From: Cyanophora paradoxa CCMP329 | Taxonomy: Eukaryota > Plantae > Glaucophyta | Length of the DNA stretch: 64,000 nucleotides | NCBI GenBank assembly: GCA_004431415.1 | Contig: QPMI01000089.1 | Location: forward strand, 337,223-401,222 | Reading direction: 5' to 3' | In this document: piece by piece, positions 48,501 to 58,157 of the stretch | Numbering within the stretch: position 1 is the first letter of the stretch | Layout of the letters: each line of letters begins with the position of its first letter | The notes under the pieces: model-generated | Seen by the model: only the letters and a program-made list of their open reading frames with translations | Databases searched by the model: none | Told to the model about the DNA's origin: nothing | Translations under genes and position numbers: made by a program

Positions 48501-49315
48501 AGGCCAGCCCCTTCTTACATTCTTACTTTTTATATTCTTATGTCCCTGATTGATTCATATATTCTATATTCTTATATTCTATATTCTATTCATCGTATCT
48601 TATTGATTTCGTGATCGAGCAGGACCGGGACTCGCTGGTGGGACTCCAGGCGCTCTACCCCGGGGGCCGCTGGGCCGCGCCCCACGGGAGCCACGAGGGG
48701 CGCGAGGTCCGAGTCGAGCTGGACCCCTCCGAGCGCATCCGGTACCCCCCCACTACCCCCCCCCGCCCTCATCTCATACCCACCTTCTATTTTTAGGCGG
48801 GTGGAGGTGGAGACGGCGCGGTCGCCGTGGGACCCGCAGGCGCGGATCGTGGTCGGGGTCTCGCTGGTCGTGGAGCACGCGGAGGGGCCGCTGGGGCGCG
48901 ACGGGCCCCACCGCTACTCCATGGAGATCCCGGAGGGCTACGAGGTCAGCCCACCGCGGCCGAAAGAATCTAATAAGTAACTAGAATCGATTCTAATCTA
49001 ACTGTTCTAACTAATAAGTAACTAGAACCGATTCTAATCTAACTGTTCTAACTAATAAGAAGAATCCCTCCTCGCCACCCCTCCCCCCCCAATCCCTCCC
49101 CGGAGATCCCAGAGGGATACGGTGTCCGAGGCCCGAAGCCCCGCCCCGCCCCGCCCCGCCCCGCCTTCCCCCCCCTCTCCTTCCCCCCCCCTTACCTCCC
49201 CCCCCCCCTCCCCCGGCAGGCGGTGGCGCTGCACGGGCGCTGCGGCGGCTTCGTGGACGCCTTCGGGCTCTGGTGCCAGCCCGCCCCCGCCGACCCCGAC
49301 GCGCCGTACGAGTGA
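45597..49315 (+). CDS. RING finger - TKL-type (pseudo)kinase - tandem jacalin-like lectin fusion protein
   Basis: Spliced CAICLDRLRSPTTLPCQHSFCASC...CPLCR (C3HC4). Kinase motifs IACKR, LRHPHV, DVARGMRYLH, LHGNLRSSNVL, VADF|G, WRAPE, KADVFS|YG and CWEHEARRRPEF. Two repeats begin GGGGGEAFDD and GGAGGADFDD and end LHGAAGGGLDRLGF and LHGRCGGFVDAFGL. Confidence 0.88.
48970..49058. repeat. Intronic 41-bp AT-rich tandem duplication
   Basis: CTAATAAGTAACTAGAAYCGATTCTAATCTAACTGTTCTAA occurs twice, followed by a partial third copy. Confidence 0.9.
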
Positions 49316-50773
49316 GCCGCGGCCTGCCGTGCCCGGCCGCCGGGGGGGTCGCCGCTCGCCCGGCCCGTCGGCCCGGCCTCGACGTCTGATCATGATGGCG
49401 TCCGACTTGCCCGCCCCGGAGCCTCGGCTGGCCCGCCGACCCCGAGGTTGCTCGAGTGAGCGGCGGCCTCAGGCCTCGCGCGCTCGACTTCCCGGAACCC
49501 CGGAGGCTCTCCGCTCGCCCGGCCGGCCCTGGCGTCCGAGCCCTGCGAGTGAATCGTGAGCCGCCGGGCCGCCGCCGCCTGGCCGATCCCGGATCCCGGA
49601 GTCGTCCCTTCCTTTCGAGTTTGCTGTTTGTACAGCTGCAGGTTACTCAGTGTGTACGTATACTTGTGTGATCATGTTCAACGGTTTAGTTATATCACAG
49701 TTGTCAAATTGCCTCTGACCCTCATAATCATCAGGCACTGAATGCAATACAAATCGCATTATTATTCGAATATGAAGCTAGCGCTGCGACATGCATGTGC
49801 ACAAGATGACAACGCGGCCACATGCATTGTACAAAATGGCTAGCGCTCGGCCTTCGAATTCTAACTTGCCAGGTGTTCGGCTGTAGGCCTTGGCAGCGGA
49901 CGACGGCGGGCCGGCGGCGCGGCGGACGGCGGCGCGCCTCGGCGGGCGGGGCGGAGGCGCGGCGGGCGCCGGCTCGGCTCGACGGGCGGGGCGGAGGCGC
50001 GGCGGGCGGCGGCGCGGCTCGCAGGAGTTTTTGTTCAATTAATATTTCAATTTGAGGATTCTGGCGGTCCAGGCCTACGCCTAGCGAGCACTGGCTGCAG
50101 CCTGCAGATGCCTGCAGCCTGCAGCTGCAGCCTGCAGCCTACTCGAGATCTAGTAGCCGCGCTGAGCCGCTTAGCGCGCGCGCCGCGACGCGCGCGGCCC
50201 GCGGCGGCGCCTTTAAGGCTTGATCATAAGCTTGAGCACTAGCGCTAATGCATGCACTACGTATACTATAGCTAGCTATATAGGCCCTGAGGCTAGCTAA
50301 GTGCAGTGACTGCGGCAGTGGCAGCGCAGCTATACTATGATAGCTACTAGGCTAGCTAGCCTGAGCCGCTGAGCGGCCGCGGCCTGGAAGCCGCTAGCGC
50401 TATCAATCGAAATCGATATGCGGAACGAGGCCGCGGCGCCGGCCCGACGTCGACCCGCCGGGCCAGGCCGGGATCGATACTATGATATATACCGATATCC
50501 GATGCGATGATCCGATCCACTGGGCCATATATATATATATCGGCCGCCGCGGCGCGCGCGGCGCGCGCCGGAGCCGGCCGCCTTGCGCGCGCTGTGCCGC
50601 GCGGGGACGCTGCAGTCGCCGCAGCTGCAGTGCGCGTTGCTTGGAGGCCGTCGGCGGCGCGGCGGCGCGGGCAGTTCAAACTGGCGACCCGGGTACAGCA
50701 AACGCAATCAAACAGATTCGGGGTGACTTGGACTCGGGCGGTCGTACCGGTAGCCTCACAGTTCGTAGCAGAG

Positions 50774-53008
50774 ATGGCGTTCGTCACCCCCGTTCCCGCC
50801 GTTGCCGGCCGCGCTCTCGCCTCCTCGTTCGCGGGCGAGAAGTGCTCGACCTTCAAGGGCACCGCCGTCGCTGCTAAGGCCGCCGCCCCGGCCGCCCCCT
50901 CGACCACCTTCGAGGTTAAGGCCGCGGTCCCGCTCCTCGCCTACAAGGTTCGTTGTACTTTAAGACGCTTTGCCACAGTATCCGCCGTCGGCTGTGCCGC
51001 CGGCGCGCCCTGGCGGTTACTGGCGACCGGAATGGATGGTCGGACAGTCGGCTGACGGCCATTCCTGCGCAGCCGAAGACCACCAACACTCGTGTTGCTT
51101 CCATCGGCGAGAACCTGAGCATCGACAAGCCGGCCCGCTACAACATTGACTACGACTACGACAACGGCGAGAAGGAGGAGGTTCGCCAGCGGCCATTTGG
51201 GGCGTCTTTAGGCTTGTAGAAGCAGCAAGCAGCCATTAGATACTGACTGGACGCGCCGCGCGGGGGATGACGTTCGCCAATCAACCTAGATTCGTTCTGA
51301 CTGGGGCCCTCCCTCGTTCGTAGGTCATCGCGGCCGCCTACCGCCAGATCTTCGGCGAGCACCAGACCATCGCGTACTCCCGCCAGGTCACCCTCGACTC
51401 GCAGGTTCGCCATGCGCCTTTTGGGGGGGTCCCGTGTTCGGGAGTATTCGGGCGGCGGCTCACCCGGGCTCGCGCAGCTCCGCAACGGCCAGATCTCCGT
51501 CCGCCAGTTCATCCGCGGCCTCGTCCTGTCCGAGCAGTTCCTGAACCAGAACTTCGAGACCGCCACCAACTACCGGTGCGTCGTGCCGCGCATTTTAGCG
51601 CTGTTGTGTGTAGCTCGCTGACGTCGCCATCAGCTTCGTCGAGAAGCTCGTCCAGCGCGTGCTCGGCCGCGATGTGTACAGCAACCTCGAGAAGATCGCG
51701 TGGTCGATCGTCATCGCCAACAAGGGTGCGCAGTACTTGGGCAGAGAACGAGCGATTCAGTTTGTTGACATTCTCTTTCTAGGTGTTGAGGGCTTCGTTG
51801 ATGAGCTCCTCGCCTCGGAGGAGTACCTCTCCAACTTCGGCGAGAACACCGTGCCGTTCCAGCGCAACCGCGTGCTCGCTGGCCGCGCCACCGGCGACAA
51901 GCCGTTCAACATTAAGAACGCCCGCGTGAACCGCTTCCAGACCTTCGTTGGCTCCAGCGCTGGCACTGGCGCGTACCGCGCTGCTGTCTTCAACAGCAAC
52001 GTCCTCGACCAGACCAACCGCGCTGACTTCGCCACCGTGCGCCCCAGCTCGGCTTTCTTTCACCACGCGCCAGCGCTGACCTCGCTTCGCAGTCCACCGG
52101 CGTCCAGGGCAAGTTCCAGGAGCCCGTTGTCGCGGACAAGATGCGCGCGGGCATTGCCCCGATCAAGCGCGGCTACGAGAACGGCGCCTCGATTCCGTTC
52201 CTTAAGTACGCGCCCAAGTGCAACAACCCCCGCGTGTTCAACTTCGGCGTCCGCCTCTCGGAGGAGCAGGCCGCTGAGTACACCGACGCGTACGACCAGA
52301 CCCTGCTCGACAAGGACGCCATCATCAAGGCGGCGTACAACCGCCTCTACTCGGAGCACCAGAGCATCAAGTTCACCAAGCAGCCGACCCTCGAGTGCCA
52401 GTTCCGCAACGGCGACCTCACCGTCAAGGAGTTCGTCCGCGCCCTGTGCACGTCGCCGGCCTTCCTCTCCCTGAACTACAACCCCAACTCGAACTACCGC
52501 TTCGCTGAGCTCTGCGTCCAGCGCATCCTCGGCCGCGACCTCTTCTCCGAGCGCGAGGCGATCGCGTGGTCGATCGTCATCTGCAACAAGGGCGCTCCGG
52601 GCTTCATCGACGCCCTCCTCGACTCCGAGGAGTACAAGCAGGCGTTCGGCGACAACATCCTCCCGTACCAGCGCGCCCGCAAGATCAACAACCGCGCCCA
52701 GGGCGAGACTCCGTTCCTCATGAAGACTCCCCGCTACGGCGAGTACTACCGCAAGAACTACGCCGGCTTCTACTTCTGGAACCCGGTCGTCACCAACTAC
52801 GTCGCCAACGACAAGGTCCCCAAGACCGGCGACCCCCGCAACTTCGCCAAGCTCGTCCCCTCGTCCGTCAAGGTCAACGCCCAGAAGCTCCAGCTCGTTG
52901 GCTTCGACTACGTGCGCCTGCTTCCTGCCGTGTCTTTCTTTCCTCCCTTCCGGATCTGACCCGCGACCGCCCGCGCAGCTCGCCAAGGTCCCGTCGAAGT
53001 CGGCGTAA
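50774..53008 (+). CDS. cpcG: Nuclear-encoded phycobilisome rod-core linker with two tandem PBS-linker domains and a plastid transit peptide
   Basis: Transit peptide [19 protein letters not shown]...FEVKA. Mature AVPLLAYK|[38 protein letters not shown] and [10 protein letters not shown]. Second copy [10 protein letters not shown]...[15 protein letters not shown]...[10 protein letters not shown], then the CpcG tail TPRYGEYYR...PKTGDP. Confidence 0.93.
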
Positions 53009-53744
53009 GGAGTGGACGCTGCAGCTTTTTCCTTTCATCAGGAGGGAGGGGAGGAGGTCGGGCCTAGTGAGCAGATAGTGGTCACTGGCATTTTCATGCC
53101 CGCAGTTTAGTCCCTCGCGGGCAGGCTACCCATGTTTCTGCTGTGAGGGCTAACGATTTTGCTTTGGTAGTGACGTGAATCGATCCAGACGGGGCCCAGC
53201 CCGTCGCGCATAATAACTTTGCCTTGTAAATTTCATTCTATTGTAGAGGATATCCTTGGTTGATCTTGCGCCGTCCTGGAAAGCATTCACGTCTACTCCT
53301 GGTGGTGAAGAAGGCACTGGGGCAGGGGGCGGCGCGCGGGCCGAGATAGGTTGCTCCAATGACGACTACTCCAGGGATTAGCGAGCCTCGGGAATCTGAA
53401 CTTCGGACTCCGGGAATGGGAATTAAAAGAAGTTCCATGCACACTGCGACTCTGCGAGACAGTCGGAGGTCGACGTCGGACATCGGCCGCGAGGAGCTCA
53501 GTACTAGCTATAGTAATCCGATGATCCGATCAAAATACGGCTTGGCGGCCAACTAGGGCAGCTCCGAAATCGAACTTCGGTGTACGTATATACGTATACG
53601 TATGCTGTGTTAACAATTGGAAAACAAGTGCGGGGCCTAGCAGTCCGGGACGCGCACTGCGGCGCACAGTGCGCGCGCGTGCGAATCCCGGGCGAGGCCC
53701 CAGGGCCCGGGGGAAGCATTGAGAGGGGGGGAAATCTAGGTGGC

Positions 53745-56722
53745 TCAGCTGCCGCCGCCCTCGATGTGGAGCTCCTGGTTGTACTCTCGGATGATGACCG
53801 GCACAGACGTCGGCGGCACCAGGCCCTGCAAAGGAGTAGTCAGCGTGGCGTAGCCCTGTCTTCCGCGGGCGGGCGGGCGGGCGGGCCTGCTCTGTGATGA
53901 CGAGGGTGACGAACTCCATGGGGGTCAGGTCGTAAGCCAAGTTCAGAAGCTTCAGATTCGGCTGCTCCCGCCAGCTCGCCAGGCTGCTGCTGCTGCCCCC
54001 GCAGGCCGCCACTGCGGCTGCGGCGGGCGCGCCGGCCGCCGCGCCCTCGGCCGGCGGCTGCTGCTGCGGCTGCTGGGCCTGGGGGAAGAGCGAGGCGGGG
54101 ACGGGGCCCCCGGCGAAGGCGCCGGCGGCGAGCGGGTCGCAGTGGACGAGCTCGTCGGGGTCGCCCAGCTCGTTGTTCGTGATGGACTCCAGCTGAGACT
54201 TGGCGTCGAACTTGTAGGCCTCGCAGCAGATGATGACCGGCACGCCGGCGTTGTGCGCCATGAGGCAGACGTTGGCCGTCCCCGCCCGCGAGAGCGTCGT
54301 CCCGTTCGAGAACATGGAGTGGGCGCCGACGACGACCTTTGTCACCTCCTTCATGACGTAGGAGAGGGCGTGGATGGGCGCGTAGGTGCAGGGGATGCCC
54401 TGTGACGCCAGCTCCTGGAGCAGCAGGCGACCTGCGAACAAAGCGAACGAAGCCAACCGCGCATCGGATCGCGAGGAAGAGCAGAGAGAGAAAGAATAAA
54501 CGTACCCTCGAATTTGGGGCGTGAGTCGACGACGACGACGCGGAAGCGCTTGCCCTGCTCGTGGGCGGCCACGAGGATCCGCTCGACGACGTGCGAGCGC
54601 GCGTACGTAAGGATGACGTCCCCCTGCTCGCTCAGGTGAGCGGGGCTCAGACTCAGGTGATCTGATCCGATGACATCTGATCTGAGCGGACCTGCCGCGC
54701 GATCTTGTCGACGCCGTACTCAACCATCTTCTCGTCGGCTTTCATGATGGACTCCATGAAAGTGTCTATGGAGTCGATGAGCTCGCGCCGGGCCTCGCCG
54801 TCGCTGATCAAATTGCCCGTCGTCGCCTCCTGTTTCTTCATGTCGTGCAGCTGCCTCTTGAACCGCTGGATCACTGCGCGCCCGCGGGTCAGATGATACA
54901 GGGCTGAGAGCGGCAGTCTGTCTGAGCTCTGAGGGCGCACCGTTGCCCATGGAGCGGGCCTTGGGGCGGCAGTCGTCCAGGAACTGGACCAAGGGCCGCA
55001 GGCGCGCCTGCGGGTCGTCCGGACGAGAGGTTAGGCGATAAAGGCGGCAACAAAAGGCGCTAGCCATAAGCAGGGGTGGGCGGCTTCCGGGCGGGCGCGC
55101 CTGCAGGTCGTCGGGAACGCTCCGGCCGGGCGTCCCCGTGTAGTCGTGCAGGAACTCCCGCAGGCCCGTCAGCAGCGCGATGCCGCGGGCGTTCGAGCCC
55201 GAGATCCGACCCGCGGCGTACTGAAGGCCGAGCCGCAGGATCGCAGGGTGGATGCTGCGCGGCGGCGTCGGCGTCGGCGTCAGCGGCGGGGCGCGCGGCT
55301 AGGCGGCCGGCCGGGCGGCTGGCCGGGCGGCTCGAGGGCTCGCGGGCTAGCCTGGCGGTGTCGAGGTGCTCGGTGAGGGACTTGCCGCGCTCGAACTGCC
55401 GCAGGTGCAGGAAGAGACCGACCCGCTTCTCCTCGCTCACCAGCTTCCTCTGGACGATCTGCGGCGCCGGCGGCTCGGGCAGGGCGGGGCGGGGGTGGGC
55501 TGGGCGGCCGCAGTGGTACGCACCCGCCGTTTCTCGAGCAGGGCGACGGCCTTCGGGTCGTCGTACTGCGGCTGAACCGGCGCGTGCTGCTTCGCCGGCT
55601 TGCCCGCCTTGTCCCCCTTGGGAGGCTTTCCCGCTCCGCCGCCGCCGCCGCCGCCGCCGCAGGGCCGCCGGCCGCCGGTGCCGCCGCCGCCGCCGCCGCC
55701 GCCGCCGCTCCCTTCGAATCGGCCGGGCGTTCCCCGCGGCTCTCCTTCTGCGGGGCAGGTCGGGCGTTAAGACGCGGGCAACCGCTGCGCGCCGCTGGGC
55801 GCACCCTCTGAGGCGGCTGTTGCTGCTGCGGCCTCTGCACGCCGGCGGTCGCGGGACCCGGGGACGTGCCCGGAGCGGCCGCGGAGGCCTTCTTGTCGGC
55901 CTTGGCTTTGCGCTGGGCCTCCTGAAGTTCGCGGCGCTGCTCCTTCGTCAGCTTCGGGCGCCCGCCTTCGTGCTCCGGCGGCGGGCCCCTCCGCGGCTTC
56001 TCATCGCCGTCCGCCCCGACCTCGGACTTGGGGCTCTGCTGGGGCGCGCTCCTCGGGCTCGAGGCGGCTGCGGCGCGCTCCCAAATCACACAAGCCGCGA
56101 GGGGCGCGCCACGGCGGAGCGGACCGGGGGCGGTGGAAGAGGAGGAAGAGGCGGGGGCTTGATTGGCGGACGGGCGAAGGCTCTGCGTGAGCGCGCTCTG
56201 GCGGACGACAGGGCTGCTGGACAGGATGAACCCCGAGCTCGCGGGCGATTTGCCGAACTGCTGCCCCGATTCAACGCCGCGCTGACGGATCGAATCGGTC
56301 AGCGCGCCGCGCGGCAAAGAGTGGCGCGCATCGCAGCCGGCGAACCCGCGGGCTGTCCGTCGTGGAGCTCTCGCCGGAGCGCTGCTTCGGGCTGAACGAC
56401 GAGGAGAGCGCCTGCGGCGACTCCCCGGCCACTCCCTCGCTCCATCCGCTCAGCTTGCTGCGCGAGCGATGGCGCGAGCCGCCGGCCGTGTGAGCCGCGG
56501 TGAGGCGATCGCAGCGCCCCGACGACGGGATGCGGCGCACCTCTGAGAGGACGAGAGGAACTGCTGCGGCAGGCTGCGCGTGATGCTGTCGCTGTTCGCC
56601 GCCTTCTTGAACGAAGACGATGTCGGGATGCTGATGGGCGAGCTCTGGCTGTGGTGCGAATCGAGCACCTCGGCAAGCTTCTGCAGCTGCTCCTCGCCGT
56701 GCAGGGCCGCGTGGCCCGACAT
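53745..56722 (-). CDS. EIF2B4: Translation initiation factor eIF2B subunit delta
   Basis: [115 protein letters not shown] and [12 protein letters not shown]. Confidence 0.93.
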
Positions 56723-56841
56723 TGCGCTGGCCCGAGTGCTTGATGCCTTGGTGCCGATAAGCCGCGTACCCCCCTTCCGCGCCTTCGCGCGACGCTCAGC
56801 CGGCCTCTCTGGGCCGCATTTGAGCCCTAGTGCGCGTTTAG
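56723..56841. promoter_or_regulatory. Putative bidirectional promoter (119 bp) between eIF2B delta and kinesin-7
   Basis: Divergent ATGs at 56722 (-) and 56842 (+). Confidence 0.55.
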
Positions 56842-58122
56842 ATGGGTGACGAGCCGGAGCTGCTCCCATCCAAGGCGGGGGACCGCATACAGGTCTGCGT
56901 GCGCATCAAGCCGCTGCGGACGGTCGACGCCGCCGGTCCCCCGTGGAGGCACGATGAGCGCACGATCCAGTTCACAGGCGGCGGTCGCGCCAGCTACACG
57001 TTCGGTGCGTACGCAGCGAGTTAGCTAGAGGCTCGATCCCTGAGGCCGGCGCAGACCACGTCTTCGGCATGGGAGCCCGCTCGACAGAGTTATACGAGAC
57101 TGTATCTCGTCCTATTATCAGGAGCTGCATCAATGGCTTCCACGGTTCGCCCCAGCCGCCGAGCGCGCGTTTGAATCTTAAGCGGCTGCCGCGCGCCCAG
57201 GGACGATCTTCGCCTACGGACAGACGTCCAGCGGCAAGACTTACACGATGATGGGCCCGCGTAACAACCCTGGCGTTATCCCGCTGGCGATGAAGGAGTG
57301 TTTCGACATGGTTCAGGAGGTGGGTGGCCCTCAGTCCTTTCTGGGGCCCTCGCAGCGGGCTCCGGGTGCGGCGAAAGGGCGCGCATGGTCCCTCATACTC
57401 GCCTTTTCTTTCTGGCGCGCAGTTCCCTGACCGCGAGTTCATCTTCCGCGTCTCGTACCTCGAGATCTACAAAGAGGGTGCGCGAGCCCGGGCGGAGCGT
57501 GCGGCCGCCGCTAACTAGGCGAGAAGTCATCAACGATCTCCTCGACCCGGCCGCGACGGGCCTGCAGCTGCGGCAGGACGAGGTGAGCGCGTATCCGCGC
57601 CGAACCCGACTGCGGCTGACCCGGGTCACAGCAAAACAACATCCGGGTGGTGGATCTCACGGAGAAGGTCGTCACCTCCGCGGAGCAAGTCATGAGGATC
57701 CTGGAGTCGGGCGAGGGTCCGTCGATTGGTGTTCGGGACTCGCGCCCGCTGACCGCTGAACCGGGCACCTGCAGCGTACCGGCACTCGGGCCAGACGCTC
57801 ATGAACGAGAAGTCCAGCCGCTCTCACACGATCCTGCGCATGGTGCCGGCCCGCCGCACCCGCGGACCCGCTCGAGCTCGGCCCTTTCGTGACCGCTTGG
57901 CCGCCCGCGGGCAGACGATCGAGAGCCGCGAGCTGGCGAGGCGCGGGGCGAAGGAGGCACCGGTGCGCGTGTCGCTTCTGAACCTGGTGGACCTGGCGGG
58001 CAGCGAGTGCACGGCAAAGGCCGGCACGGAGGGCGTCCGCCGCACGGAGGCGAGCTACATCAACAAGTCCCTCCTCACCCTCGGCACCGTCATCCAGCGC
58101 CTCTCGCAGGGCCGCAAGTGCG

Positions 58123-58157
<35 letters not shown>

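Noticed and set aside
53960-54140. Gln/Ala-rich insertion in eIF2B delta
   Set aside because: Falls in the loop after NELGDPD, which is variable in length among eIF2B delta proteins.
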